Below, in pieces: positions 15,001-30,000 of a stretch of 64,000 bases of DNA. The stretch lies in assembly GCA_964016885.1 (NCBI GenBank), contig OZ024760.1, positions 32,054,001 to 32,118,000 on the forward strand, given 5' to 3'. The notes beneath the pieces are model-generated. The model had not been told where the DNA came from. It searched no databases and saw only the letters and a program-made list of their open reading frames with translations. Both the position numbers and the translations under genes were made by a program. Source of the stretch: Eledone cirrhosa (taxonomy: Eukaryota). The first letter of the stretch is position 1. Each line of letters begins with the position of its first letter.

Positions 15001-18000
15001 GTATAGTTTGAGTTGATCCTAGATTTTGAGAAGTAAGGGAGAGAAAGGCTATAGTCTGAGCTGATCCAAGGTTTTGAGAAGTAAGGGTGCGAATGACTAT
15101 AGTCTGAGTTGATCCAAGGTTTTGAGGAGTAAGGGAGAGAAAGACTATAGTCTGAGTTGATCCAAGATTTTGAGAAGTAAGGGTGAGAAAGACTAAAGTC
15201 TGAATTGATCCATGGTTTTGAGAAGTAAGGGAGAGAAAGACTATAGTCTGAGTTGATCCAAGATTTTGAGAACTAAGGGAGAGAAAGACTATAGTCTGAG
15301 TTGATCCAAGGTTTTGAGAAGTAAGGTTGAGAAAGACTATAGACTGAGTTGATCATGGTTTTGAGTAGTAAGGGAGAAAAAGACTATAGTCTGTGTTGAT
15401 CCACGGTTTTGAGAATCAAAAAAGAGAAAGGCTATGCACTGAGTTGATCCAAGATTTTGAGAAGTAAGGGAGAGAAAGGCTATAGTCTGAGCTGATCCAA
15501 GGTTTTGAGAAATACGGGAGAGAAAGAGTATAGTCTGAGTTGATCCAAGGTTTTGAAAAGCAAGGCAGAGAAAGACTATAGTCTGAGATGATCCAAGGTT
15601 TTGAGAATAACGGCAGAGAAAGACTAAAATCTGAATTGATCGAAGCTTTTGAGAATTAAGGGAGAGAAAGATTATAGTCTGAGTTGAGCCAAGGTTTTAA
15701 GAAGAAAAGGAGAGAAAGATTATAGTCTGAGTTGATCCAAGGTTTTAAGAAGTAAGGGAGATAAAGATTATAGTCTGAGTTGATCCAAGGTTTTGACAAG
15801 TAAGCGTGAGAAAGACTATAGTCTGAGTTGATCCAAGGTTTTGAGAAGTAAGGGTGAGAAAGACTATGGTCTGAGTTGATCCAAGGTTTTGAGAAGTAAG
15901 GGGGAGAAAGACTATAGTCTAAGTTGATCCAAGGTTTTGAGAAGTAAAGGAGAGAAAGTCTATAGTCTGAGTTGATCCAAGATTTTGAGAAGTAAGGGAG
16001 AGAAAGGCTATAGTATGAGCTGATCCAAGGTGTTGAGAAGTAAAGGAGAGAAAGTCTATAGTCTGAGTTGATCCAAGGTTTTGAGAAGTAAGGGAGAGAA
16101 AGACTATAGTCTGAGTTGAGTCAAGGTTTTGAGAAGTAAGGCAGAGAAAGGCTCTAGTTTGAGTTGTTCCAATGTTTTGAGAAGTAAGAGAGAGAATGAC
16201 TATAGTCTGAGTTTATCCAAGGTTTTAAGAATTAAAGGAGAGAAAGTCTATATTCTCATTTGATCCAAGGTTTTGGGAAGTAAGTGAGAGGAAGACTATA
16301 GTCTGAGTTGATCTATGGTTTTGAGATGTAATGCAGAGAAAGGCTCTAGTTTGGGTTGATCCAAGGTTTTGAGAAGTAAGGGAGAGAAAGGCTATAGTCT
16401 GAGCTGATTCAAGGTTTTGAGAAATAAGGGAGAGAAAGACTATAGTCTGAGCTGATCCAAGGTTTTGAAAAGTAAGGGTAAGAAAGACTATAGTCGGAGT
16501 TGATCCAAGGTTTTGAGAAGTAAGGGAGAGAAAGGCTATAGTCTGAGCTGATCCAAGGTGTTGAGAAGTAAAGGAGAGAAAGTTTATAGTCTGAGTTGAT
16601 CCAAGGTTTTGAGAAGTAAGGGAGAGAGAGACTATAGTCTGAGTTGAGCCAAGGTTTTGAGAAGTAAGGCCGAGAAAGGCTCTAGTTTGAGTTGTTCCAA
16701 GGTTTTGAAAAGTAAGGGAGAGAGAGACTATAGTCTGAGTTGAGCCAAGGTTTTGAGAAGTAAGGCAGAGAAAGGCTCTAGTTTGAGTTGTTCCAAGGTT
16801 TTGAGAAGTAAGAGAGAGAATGACTATAGTCTGAGTTGATCCAAGGTTTTGAGAAGTAAGGGTGAGAAAGACTATATTCTGAGTTGATCCAAGGTTTTAA
16901 GAAGTAAAGGAGAGAAAGTCTATATTCTCAGTTGATCCAAGGTTTTGGGAAGTAAGGGAGAGGATGACTATAGTCTGAGTTGATCTATGGTTTTGAGATG
17001 TAAGGCAGAGAAAGGCTCTAGTTTGGGTTGATCCAAGGTTTTGAGAAGTAAGGGTGAGAAAGGCTATAGTCTGAGCTGATTCAAGGTTTTGAGAAATAAG
17101 GGAGAGAAAGACTATAGTCTGAGCTGATCCAAGGTTTTGAGAAGTAAGGGTAAGAAAGACTATAGTCTGAGTTGATCCAAGGTTTTGAGAAGAAAGGGTG
17201 AGAAAGACTATAGTCTCAGTTGATGCAAGGTTTTGAGAAGTAAGGGAGAGAAAGACTCTGGTCTGAATTGAACCAAGGTTTTGAGAAGTAAGGGAGAGAC
17301 AGACTATAGAGTGAGTTGATCCTAGGTTTTGAGAAATTAAGCAGAGAAAGACTATAGTCTGAGTGATCCAGGGTTTTGAGAAGTAAGGGAGAGAAAGACT
17401 ATAGTCTGAGTTGATCGAAGGTTTTGAGAAGTAAGGGTGAGAAAGGCTATAGATTGAGTTGATCCAAGGTTTTGAGAAGTAAGGGAGAGAAAATCTATAG
17501 ACTGAGTTGATCCATGGTTTTGAGAAGTAAGGGAGAAAAAGACTATTGTCTATATTGATCCAAGGTTTTGAGAAGCAAAGAAGAGAAAGACTATGCACTG
17601 ATTTGATCCAAGGTTTTGACAAGTAAAGGAGAGAAAGGCTATAATCTGAGTTGATCCAAGGTTTTGAGAAATACGCAAGAGAAAAACTATAGTCTGACTT
17701 GATGCCAGGTTTAGAGATGTAAGGGGGATAAGACTATAGTCTGCGTTGATCAAAGATTTTGGGAAGTATTGGAGAGAAAGGCTGTAGTCTGAGTTCATCA
17801 AAGGTTTTGAGAAGTAAAGGAAAGAAAGACTATAGTCTGAGTTGATCCAAGGTTTTGAGAAGCAAGGCAGAGAAAGACTAATGTCTGAATTGATCCATGG
17901 TTTTGAGAAGTAAGGGAGAGAAAGACTATAGTCTGAGTTGTTCCATGGTTTTGAGAAGTAAGTTTGAGAAAGACTAAAGTCTGAATTGATCCATGGTTTT

Positions 18001-21000
18001 GAGAAGTAAGGGAGATAAAGACTATAGTCTGAGTTGATCCAACCTTTTGAGAAGTAAGGGAGAGAAAGCCTATAGTCTGATTTGTGGCCAGGTTTTGAGA
18101 TGTAAGGGGGATAAGACTATAGTCTGTTGATGCAAGATTTTGAGAAGTATTGAAGAGAATGTCTGTAGTTTGAGATCATGAAAGGTTTTCAGAAGCAAGG
18201 CAGAGAAAGACTATAGTCTGAGATGATCCAAGGTTTTGAGAAGTAAGGGAAAGAAAGACTATAGTCTGAGTTGATCCAACCTTTTGAGAAGTAAGGGAGA
18301 GAAAGCCTATAGTCTGATTTGTGGCCAGGTTTTGAGATGTAAGGGGGATAAGACTATAGTCTGTTGATGCAAGATTTTGAGAAGTATTGAAGAGAATGTC
18401 TGTAGTTTGAGATCATGAAAGGTTTTCAGAAGCAAGGCAGAGAAAGACTATAGTCTGAGATGATCCAAGGTTTTGAGAAGTAAGCGAGAGAAAGACTATA
18501 GTGTGAGTTGATGCAAGGTTTTGAGAAGTAAGGGAGAGAAAGACTATAGTCTGAATTGAATCAAGGTTTTGAGAAGTAAGGGAGAGACAGACTATAGACT
18601 GAGTTGATCCAATTTTTGAAAAGTAAGGTAGAGAAAAACTATAGATTGAGTTGATCCATAGTTTTGAGAAGTAAGGGAGAAAAAGACTATTGTCTATATT
18701 GATCCAAGGTTTTAAGAAGCAAAGAAGAGAAAGGCTATGCACTGAGTTGATCCAAAATTTTGAGAAGTAAGGGAGAGAAAGACTAAAGTCTGAATTGATC
18801 CAAGCTTTTGAGAATTAAGGGAGAGAAAGACTTTAGTCTGAGTTGATCTAAGGTTTTAAGAAGAAGAGGAGATCAAGAATATAGTCTGAGTTTATCCAAG
18901 GTTTTGAGATGTAAGGGTGAGAAAGACTATAGTCTGAGTTGATCCAAGATATTGAGAAGTAAGGCAGAGAATTCTCTAGTTTGAGTTGATCCAAGGTTTT
19001 GAGAAGTAAGAGAGAGAAAGGCTATAGTCTGGGCTGATCCAAGGTTTTGTGAAATAAGGGAGAGAAAGACTATAGTCTGAGTTGATCCAAGGTTTTAAGA
19101 AGTAAAGGAGAGAAAGTCTATAGTCTCAGTTGATCCAAGGTTTTGAGAAGTAAGGGAGAGAAAGACTATAGTCTGAGTTGATCCAAGGTTTTGAGAAGTG
19201 AGGGAGAGAAAGGCTATAGTCTGAGCTGATCCAAGGTTTTGTGAAATAAGGGAGAGAAAGACTATAGTGTGAGTTGATCCAAGATTTTGAGAAGTAAGGG
19301 AGAGAAAAGCTATAGTCCGAGTTGATCCAAGATTTTTAGAAGTAAAGGAGAGAAAGTCTATAGTCTGAGTTGATCCAAGATTTTGAGAAGTAAGGGAGAG
19401 AAAGACTATGGTCTGACTTGATGCCAGGTTTTGAGATGTAAGGGGGATAAGACTATAATCTGCGTTGATCCAAGATTTTGAGAAGTATTGCAGAGAAAGG
19501 CTGTAGTCTGATTTCATCAATATTTTTAGAAGTAAAGGAGAGAAAGTCTATAGTCTGAGTTGATCCAAGATTTTGAGAAGTAAAGGAAAGAAAGACTATA
19601 GTCTGAATTGATCCATGGTTTTGAGAAATAAGGGAGAGAAAGACTATAGTCTGAGTTGATCCAAGGTTTTGAGATGTAAGGGTGAGAAAGACTATAGTCT
19701 GAGTTGATCCAAGATTTTGAGAAGTAAGGCAGAGAAAGGCTCTAGTTTGACTTGATCTAAGTTTTGGAGAATTAGAGGAGAGAAAGTCTATAGTCTGAGC
19801 TGATCCAAGATTTTGAGAAATAAGGGAGAGAAAGAATATAGTCTGAGTTGATCCAAAGTTTTGAGAAGGAAGGAAGAGAAAGGCTATAGTCTGAGCTTAT
19901 CGAAGGTTTTGAGAAGTAAGGGTGAGAAAGACTATAGCCTGAGTTCATCCAAGCTTTTGAGAAGAAAGTGTGAGAAAAACTATAGTCTGAGCTGATCAAA
20001 GGTTTTGAGAAATAAGGGAGACAAAGACTATAGTCTGAGTTGATCTAAGGTTTTGAGAAGAAAGGGTGAGAAAGACTATAGTCTGAGTTGATGCAAGGTT
20101 TTTAGAAGTAAGGGAGAGAAAGACTATAGTCTGAATTGAACCAAGGTTTTGAGAAGTAAGGGAGAGACAGACTATAGACAGAGTTGATCCAAGGTTTTGA
20201 GAAGTAAGGGAGAGAAAAACTATAGACTGAGTTGATCCATGGTTTTGAGAAGTAAGGGAGAAAAAGACTATTGTCAATATTGATCCAAGGTTTTGAGAAG
20301 CAAAGAAGAGAAAAACTTTGCACTGAGTTGATCCAAGATTTTGAGAAGTAAGGGAAAGAAAGGCTATAGTCTGAGTTGATCCCAGGTTTTGAGATATACG
20401 GGAGAGAAAGACTATAGTCTGACTCGATGCCAGGTTTTGAGATGTAAGGGGTATAAGACTATAGTCTGTGTTGATGCAAGATTTTGAGAAGTATTGGAGA
20501 GAAAGTCTGTAGTTTGAGATCATGAAAGGTTTTCAGAAGCAAGGCAGAGAAAGACTATAGTCTGAGATGATCCAATGTTTTGAGAAGTAAGGGAAAGAAA
20601 GACTATAGTCTGAGTTGATCCAAGATTTTGAGAAGTAAGGGTGAGAAAGACTAAAGTCTGAATTGATCGAATGGTTTTGAGAAGTAAGGGAGAGAAAGAC
20701 TATAGTCTGAGTTGATGCAAGGTTTTAAGAAGTAAGGGAGAGAAAGACTATAGTCTGAATTGAACCAAGGTTTTGAGAAGGAAGGGAGAGACAGACTATA
20801 GACTGAGTTGATCCAAGGTTTTGTGAAGTAAGGGAGAGAAAGGCTATAGACTGAGTTGATCCATGGTTTTGAGAAGTAAGGGAGAAAAAGACTATTATCT
20901 ATATTGATCCAAGGTTTTGAGAAGCAAAGAAGAGAAAGGCTATGCACTGAGTTGATCCAAGATTTTGAGAAGTAAGGGAGAAAAAGACTAAAGTCTGAAT

Positions 21001-24000
21001 TGATCCAAGCTTTTGAGAATTAAGGGAGAGAAAGACTATAGTCTGAGTTGATCCAAGGTTTTAAGAAGAAAAGGAGAGAAAATTATAGTCTGAGTTGATC
21101 CAAGGTTTTAAGAAGTAAGGGAGATCAAGACTATAGTCTGAGTTGATCCAAGGTTTTGAGAAGTAAGGGAGATAAAGACTAAAGTCTGAATTGATACAAG
21201 CTTTTGAGAAGTAAGGGTGAGAAAGACTATAGTCTGAGTTGATCCAAGGTTTTGAGAAGTAAGGGTGAGAAAGACTATAGTCTGAATTGATCCAAGGTTT
21301 TGTGAAGTAAGGGAGAGAAAGACTATAGTCGGAGTTGATCCAAGGTTTTGAGATGCCAGGTTTTGAGATGTAAGGGGGATAAGACTATAGTCTGCGTTGA
21401 TCCAAGATTTTGAGAAGTATTGGAGAGAAAGGCTGGAGTCTGAGTTGATCCAATATTTTTAGAAGTAAGGGAGAGAAAGACTATTGTCTGAGTTGATACA
21501 AGGTTTTGAGATGTAAGGGTGAGAAAGACTATATTCTGAGTAGATCCAAGGTTTTGAGAAGTAAAGCAGAGAAAGGCTCTAGTTTGAGTTGATCCAAGGT
21601 TTTGTGAAGTAAGGGAGAGAAAGACTATAGTCGGAGTTGATCCAAGGTTTTGAGAAGCAAGGCAGAGAAAGACTATAGTCTGAGATGATCCAAGGTTTTG
21701 AGAAGTAAGGGAGAGAAAGACTATAGTCTGAGTTGATCCAAGGTTTTGAGAAGTAAGGGTGAGAAAGACTAAAGTCTGAATTGATCTAATGGTTCTGAGA
21801 AGTAAGCGAGAGAAAGACTATAGTCTGAGTTGATCCAAGAATTTGAGAAGTAAGGGAGAGAAAGACTATAGATTGAGTTGATCCATAGTTTTGAGAAGTA
21901 AGGGAGAAAAAGACTATTCCCTATATTGATCCAAGGTTTTAAGAAGCAAAGAAGAGAAAGGCTATGCACTGAGTTGATCCAAGATTTTGAGAAGTAAGGG
22001 AGAGAAAGACTAAAGTCTGAATTGATCCAAGCTTTTGAGAATTAAGGGAGAGAAAGACTATAGTCTGAGTTGATCCAAGGTTTTAAGAAGAAAAGGAGAG
22101 AAAATTATAGTCTGAGTTGATCCAAGGTTTTAAGAAGTAAGGGAGATCAAGACTATAGTCTGAGTTGATCCAAGGTTTTGAGAAGTAAGGGTGAGAAAGA
22201 CTATTGTCTGAGTTGATCCAAGATTTTGTGAAGTAAGGCAAAGAAAGGCTCTAGTTTGATTTGATCCAAGGTTTTGAGAAGTAAGGGAGAGAAAGGCTAT
22301 AGTCTGAGCTGATCCAAGGTTTTGAGAAATAAGGGAGAGAAAGAATATAGTCTGAGTTGATGCAAAGTTTTGAGAAGGAAGGGAGAGAAAGGCTATAGTC
22401 TGAGCTTATCGAAGGTTTTGAGAAGTAAGGGTGAGAAAGACTATAGTCTGAGTTCATCCAAGCTTTTGAGAAGAAAGGGTGAGAAAAACTATAGTCTGAG
22501 CTGATCAAAGGTTTTGAGAAATAAGGGAGAGAAAGACTATAGTCTGAGTTGATGCAAGGTTTTTAGAAGTAAGGGAGAGAAAGACTATAGTCTGAATTGA
22601 ACCAAGGTTTTGAGAAGTAAGGGAGAGACAGACTATAGACAGAGTTGATCCAAGGTTTTAAGAAGTAAGGGAGAGAAAAACTATAGACTGAGTTGATCCA
22701 TGGTTTTGAGAAGTAAGGGAGAAAAAGACTATTGTCAATATTGATCCAAGGTTTTGAGAAGCAAAGAAGAGAAAGACTTTGCACTGAGTTGATCCAAGAT
22801 TTTGAGAAGTAAGGGAGAGAAAGGCTATAGTCTGAGTTGATCCCAGGTTTTGAGATATACGGGAGAGAAAGACTATAGTCTGACTCGATGCCAGGTTTTG
22901 AGATGTAAGGGGGATAAGACTATAGTCTGTGTTGATGCAAGATTTTGAGAAGTATTGGAGAGAAAGACTGTAGTTTGAGATCATGAAAGGTTTTCAGAAG
23001 TAAAGGAGACAAAGACTATAGTCTGAGTTGATCCAAGGTTTTGAAAAGCAAGGCAGAGAAAGACTATAGTCTGAGATGATCCAATGTTTTGAGAAGTATG
23101 GGAAAGAAACACTATAGTCTGAGTTGATCCAAGATTTTGAGAAGTAAGGGTGAGAAAGACTAATGTCTGAATTGATCGAATGGTTTTGAGAAGTAAGGGA
23201 GAGAAAGACTATAGTCTGAGTTGATGCAAGGTTTTGAGAAGTAAGCGAGAGAAAGACTATAGTCTGAATTGAACCAAGGTTTTGAGAAGTAAGGGAGAGA
23301 CAGACTATAGACTGAGTTGATCCAAGATTTTGAGAAGTAAGAGAGAGAAAGGCTATAGACTGAGTTGATCCATGGTTTTGAGAAGTAAGGGAGAAAAAGA
23401 CTATTGTCTATATTGATCCAAGGTTTTGAGAAGCAAAGAAGAGAAAGGCTATGCACTGAGTTGATCCAAGATTTTGAGAAGTAAGGGAGAGAAAGACTAA
23501 AGTCTGAATTGATCCAAGCTTTTGAGAATTAAGGGAGAGAAAGTCTATAGTCTGAGTTGAGGCAAGGTTTTAAGAAGAAAAGCAGATAAAGATTATTGTC
23601 TGAGTTGATCCAAGGTTTTAAGAAGTAAGGGAGATAAAGACTAAAGTCTGAATTGATACAAGCTTTTGAGAAGTAAGGGTGAGAAAGACTATAGTCTGAG
23701 TTGATCCAAGGTTTTGAGAAGTAAGGGTGAGAAAGACTATAGTCTGAATTGATCCAAGGTTTTGTGAAGTAAGGGAGAGAAAGACTATAGTCGGAGTTGA
23801 TCCAAGGTTTTGAGATGCCAGGTTTTGAGATGTAAGGGGGATAAGACTATAGTCTGCGTTGATCCAAGATTTTGAGAAGTATTGGAGAGAAAGACTATTG
23901 TCTGAGTTGATCCAAGATTTTGAGAAGTAAGGGAGAGAAAGACTATTGTCTTAGTTGATCCAAGGTTTTGAGATGTAAGGGTGAGAAAGACTATAGTCTG

Positions 24001-27000
24001 AGATGATCCAAGGTTTTGAGAAATAAGGGAGAGAAAGACTATAGTCTGAGTTGATCCAAGGTTTTGAGAAGAAAGGGTGAGAATGACTATAGTCTGAGTT
24101 GATGCAAGGTTTTTAGAAGTAAGGGTGAGAAAGACTATAGTCTGAGTTGATCCAAGGATTTGAGAGTAAAGGAGAGAAAGTCTATAGACTGAGTTGATCC
24201 ATGGTTTTGAGAAGTAAGGGAGAAAAGACTATTGTCTATATTGATCCAAGATTTTGAGAAGCAAAGAAGAGAAAGGCTATGCACTGAGTTGATCCAAGAT
24301 TTTGAGAAGTAAGGGAGAGAAAAGCTATAGTTTGAGTTAATCCAATATTTTGAGAAATACGTGAGAGAAAGACTATAGTCTGACTTGATGCCAGGTTTTG
24401 AGATGTAAGGGGGATAAGACTATAGTCTGAGTTGATCCAAGGTTTTGAGAAGTAAGGCAGAGAAAGGCTCTAGTTTGAGTTGATCCAAGGTTTTGAGAAG
24501 TAAGGGAGATAAAGACTATAGTCTGAGTTGATCCAAGGTTTTGAGAAGTAAAGGAGAGAAAGTCTATAGTCTGAGTTGATGAAAGGTTTTAAGAAGTAGG
24601 GGAGAGAAAGGCTATAGTCTGAGCTGATCCAAGGTTTGAAGAAATAAGGGAGAGAAAGACTATTGTCTGACTTGATCCAAGTTTTCGAGAAGAAAGGGTG
24701 AGAAAGACTATAGTCTGAGTTGATGCAAGGTTTTGAGAAGTAAGGGAGAGAAGGACTATAGTCTGAATTGAACCAAGGTTTTGAGAAGTAAGGGAGAGAC
24801 AGACTATAGACTGAGTTGATCCAAGGTTTTTGAGAAGAATGGGAGACAAAAACTATAGACTGAGTTGATCTATGGTTTTGAGAAGTAAGTGAGAAAAAGA
24901 CTATTGTCTATATTGATCCAAGGTTTTGAGAAGCAAAGAAGAGAAAGGCTATGCACTGAGTTGATCCAAGATTTTGAGAAGTAAGGGAGAGAAAGAGTAA
25001 AGTCTGAATTGATCCAAGCTTTTGAGAATTAAGGGAGAGAAAGACTATAGTCTGAGTTGAGCCAAGGTTTTAAGAAGAAAAGGAGAGGAAGATTATAGTC
25101 TGAGTTGATCGAAGGTTTTAAGAAGTAAGGGAGATAAAGACTAAAGTCTGAATTGATCCAAGCTTTTGAGAATTAAGGGAGAGAAAGACTATAGTCTGAG
25201 TTGAGCTAAGGTTTTAAGAAGAAAAGAAGAGAAAGATTATAGTCTGAGTTGATCCAAGGTTTTAAGAAGTAAGGGAGATAAAGACTATAGTCTGAGTTGA
25301 GCTAAGGTTTTAAGAAGAAAAGAAGAGAAAGATTATAGTCTGAGTTGATCCGAGGTTTTAAGAAGTAAGGGAGATAAAGACTATAGTCTGAGTTGAGCTA
25401 AGGTTTTAAGAAGAAAAGAAGAGAAAGATTATAGTCTGAGTTGATCCATGGTTTTGAGAAGTAAGGGAGAGAAAGGCTATAGACTGAGTTGATCCAAGAT
25501 TTTGAGAAGTAAGGGAGAGAAAGACTAAAGTCTGAATTGATCCAAGATTTTGAGAATTACGGGAGAGAAAGATTATAGTCTGAGTTGATGCAAGGTTTTC
25601 AGAAGTAAGGGAGATAAAGATTAAAGTCTCAATTGATCCAAGCTTTTGAGAATTAAGGGAGAAAAAGACTATAGTCTGAGTTGAGCTAAGGTTTTTGAGA
25701 AGTAGGGGAGAGAAAGGCTATAGTCTGAGTTGATCCAAGGTTTTGAGAAGTAAGGGAGAGAAAGACTATAGTCTGAGTTGAGCCAAGGTTTTGAGAAGTA
25801 AGGCAGAGAAAGGCTCTAGTTTGAGTTGATCCAAGCTTTTGAGAAGTAAGGGAGAGAAAGGCTATAGTCTGACTTGATCCACGATTTTGAGAAGTAAAGG
25901 AGAGAAAGACCATAGTCTGAGTTGATCCAAGTTTTTGAGAAATAAAGGGAGAGAAAGACTACAGACTGAGTTTATGCAATGTTTTGAGAAGTAAGGCAGA
26001 GAAAGACTATAGTCTAAGTTGATCCATAGTTTTGAGAAGTAAGGGAGATAAAGACTATACTCTGTGTTGATCCAAGATGTTTAGAAGCAAGGGAGAGAAA
26101 GGCTATCTTCTGAGTTGATTCAAGATTTTGAGAAGTAAGGGATAGAAAGACTATAGTATGAGTTGATCCAAGGTTTTGAGAAGTAAGGGAGAGAAAGGCT
26201 ATAATCTGAGTTGATCCAAGGTTTTGAGTAGTAAGGGAGAGAAAGGCTGTAGTCTGATTTGTTCCAAAGTTTTGAGAAGTAAGGGAGAGAAAGTATATAG
26301 TCTGAATTGATCTAAGATTTTGAGAATAAAGGTGAGAAAGTCTATAGTCTGACTTGATCCAAGCTTTTGAAAAGTAAGGGAGAGAAAGACTATAGTCTGA
26401 GTTGAGCCAAGGTTTTAAGAAGTAAGGGTGATAAAGACTATAGTCTGAGTTGATGCAAGGTTTTGAGAAGTAAGGGTGAGAAAAACTATAGTCTGAGTTG
26501 ATCCAATGTTTTGAGAAGTAAGGGAGAGAAAGACTATGGTCTGAGTTGATCCAAGGTTTTGAGAAGTAAGGGAGAGAAAGACTATAGTCTGAGTTGATCC
26601 CAGGTTTTGAGAAGTAAGCGAGAGAATGACTATAGTCTGAGTTGATCGAAGGTTTTGAGAAGTAAGGGAGAGAAAGACTATAGTCTGAGTTGATCGAAGG
26701 TTTTGAGAAGTAAGGGAGAGAAAGACTATCGTCTGAGTTGTTCCAAGGTTTTGAGAAGTAAGGGAGAGAAATACTATAGTCTGAGTTGATCCAAGGTTTT
26801 GTGAAGTAAAGGAGAGAAAGTCTATAGTCTGAGTTGATCCAAGGTTTTGAGAAGTAAGGGAGAGAAAGACTATAGTCTGAGTTGAGCCAAGGTTTTGAGA
26901 AGTAAGCCAGAGAAAGGCTCTAGTTTGAATTGATCCGGGGTTTTGAGAAGTAAGGGAGAGAAAGGCTATAGTCTGAGCTGATCCAAGGTTTTGAGAAGTA

Positions 27001-30000
27001 AGGGAGAGAAAGACAATTGTCTGAGTTGATCCAAGGTTTTTAGAAGTAAGGGAGAGAAAGGCTATAGTCTGAGTTGATCCAAGGTTTTGAGAAGCAAGAC
27101 AGAGAAAGGCTCTAGTTTGAGTTGATCCAAGCTTTTGAGAAGTAAGGGAGAGAAAGGCTATAGTCTGCGGTGATCCAAGATTTTGAGAAGTAAGGCAGAG
27201 AAAGGCTCTAGTTTGAGTTGATCCGCGGTTTTGAGAAATAAGGGAGAGAAAGGCTATAGCCTGAGTTGATCCAAGGTTTTGAGAAGTAGGGGAGAGAAAG
27301 AATATAGTCTGAGTTGACCCAAGATTTTGAGAAGTAAGGTAGAGAAAGGCTATAGTCTGAGTTGTTCCAAGGTTTTGAGAAGTAAGAGAGAGAAATACTA
27401 TAGTCTGTGTGGATCCAAGGTTTTGAGAAGTAAAGGAGAGAAAGGCTATAGTCTGAGTTGATCCAAGGTTTTGAGAAGTAAAGGAGAGAAAGTCTATAGT
27501 CTGAGTTGATCCAAGGCTTTGAGAAGTAAAGGAGAGAAAGTCTATTGTCTGAATTGATCCAAGGTTTTGAGAAGTAAGGGAGAGAAAGACTATAGTCTGA
27601 GTTGATCCAAGGTTTTGAGAAGTAAGGCAGAGAAAGGCTCTAGTTTGACTTGATCCAAGGTTTTGAGAAGTAAGGGTGAGAAAAACTATAGTCTGAGTTG
27701 ATCCAATGTTTTGAGAAGTAAGGGAGAGAAAGACTATGGTCTGAGTTGATCCAAGGCTTTGAGAAGTAAGGGAGAGAAAGACTATAGTCTGAGTTGATGC
27801 AAGGTTTTGAGAAGTGAGAGAAAGAATATAGTCTGAGTTGATCCCAGGTTTGAAGAAATAAGGGAGAGAAAGACTATTGTCTGACTTGATCCAAGTTTTC
27901 GAGAAGAAAGGGTGAGAAAGACTATAGTCTGAGTTGATGCAAGGTTTTGAGAAGTAAGGGAGAGAAGGACTATAGTCTGAATTGAACCAAGGTTTTGAGA
28001 AGTAAGGGAGAGACAGACTATAGACTGAGTTGATCCAAGGTTTTTGAGAAGAATGGGAGACAAAAACTATAGACTGAGTTGATCTATGGTTTTGAGAAGT
28101 AAGTGAGAAAAAGACTATTGTCTATATTGATCCAAGGTTTTGAGAAGCAAAGAAGAGAAAGGCTATGCACTGAGTTGATCCAAGATTTTGAGAAGTAAGG
28201 GAGAGAAAGAGTAAAGTCTGAATTGATCCAAGCTTTTGAGAATTAAGGGAGAGAAAGACTATAGTCTGAGTTGAGCCAAGGTTTTAAGAAGAAAAGGAGA
28301 GGAAGATTATAGTCTGAGTTGATCGAAGGTTTTAAGAAGTAAGGGAGATAAAGACTAAAGTCTGAATTGATCCAAGCTTTTGAGAATTAAGGGAGAGAAA
28401 GACTATAGTCTGAGTTGAGCTAAGGTTTTAAGAAGAAAAGAAGAGAAAGATTATAGTCTGAGTTGATCCAAGGTTTTAAGAAGTAAGGGAGATAAAGACT
28501 ATAGTCTGAGTTGAGCTAAGGTTTTAAGAAGAAAAGAAGAGAAAGATTATAGTCTGAGTTGATCCGAGGTTTTAAGAAGTAAGGGAGATAAAGACTATAG
28601 TCTGAGTTGAGCTAAGGTTTTAAGAAGAAAAGAAGAGAAAGATTATAGTCTGAGTTGATCCATGGTTTTGAGAAGTAAGGGAGAGAAAGGCTATAGACTG
28701 AGTTGATCCAAGATTTTGAGAAGTAAGGGAGAGAAAGACTAAAGTCTGAATTGATCCAAGATTTTGAGAATTACGGGAGAGAAAGATTATAGTCTGAGTT
28801 GATGCAAGGTTTTCAGAAGTAAGGGAGATAAAGATTAAAGTCTCAATTGATCCAAGCTTTTGAGAATTAAGGGAGAAAAAGACTATAGTCTGAGTTGAGC
28901 TAAGGTTTTTGAGAAGTAGGGGAGAGAAAGGCTATAGTCTGAGTTGATCCAAGGTTTTGAGAAGTAAGGGAGAGAAAGACTATAGTCTGAGTTGAGCCAA
29001 GGTTTTGAGAAGTAAGGCAGAGAAAGGCTCTAGTTTGAGTTGATCCAAGCTTTTGAGAAGTAAGGGAGAGAAAGGCTATAGTCTGACTTGATCCACGATT
29101 TTGAGAAGTAAAGGAGAGAAAGACCATAGTCTGAGTTGATCCAAGTTTTTGAGAAATAAAGGGAGAGAAAGACTACAGACTGAGTTTATGCAATGTTTTG
29201 AGAAGTAAGGCAGAGAAAGACTATAGTCTAAGTTGATCCATAGTTTTGAGAAGTAAGGGAGATAAAGACTATACTCTGTGTTGATCCAAGATGTTTAGAA
29301 GCAAGGGAGAGAAAGGCTATCTTCTGAGTTGATTCAAGATTTTGAGAAGTAAGGGATAGAAAGACTATAGTATGAGTTGATCCAAGGTTTTGAGAAGTAA
29401 GGGAGAGAAAGGCTATAATCTGAGTTGATCCAAGGTTTTGAGTAGTAAGGGAGAGAAAGGCTGTAGTCTGATTTGTTCCAAAGTTTTGAGAAGTAAGGGA
29501 GAGAAAGTATATAGTCTGAATTGATCTAAGATTTTGAGAATAAAGGTGAGAAAGTCTATAGTCTGACTTGATCCAAGCTTTTGAAAAGTAAGGGAGAGAA
29601 AGACTATAGTCTGAGTTGAGCCAAGGTTTTAAGAAGTAAGGGTGATAAAGACTATAGTCTGAGTTGATGCAAGGTTTTGAGAAGTAAGGGTGAGAAAAAC
29701 TATAGTCTGAGTTGATCCAATGTTTTGAGAAGTAAGGGAGAGAAAGACTATGGTCTGAGTTGATCCAAGGTTTTGAGAAGTAAGGGAGAGAAAGACTATA
29801 GTCTGAGTTGATCCCAGGTTTTGAGAAGTAAGCGAGAGAATGACTATAGTCTGAGTTGATCGAAGGTTTTGAGAAGTAAGGGAGAGAAAGACTATAGTCT
29901 GAGTTGATCGAAGGTTTTGAGAAGTAAGGGAGAGAAAGACTATCGTCTGAGTTGTTCCAAGGTTTTGAGAAGTAAGGGAGAGAAATACTATAGTCTGAGT

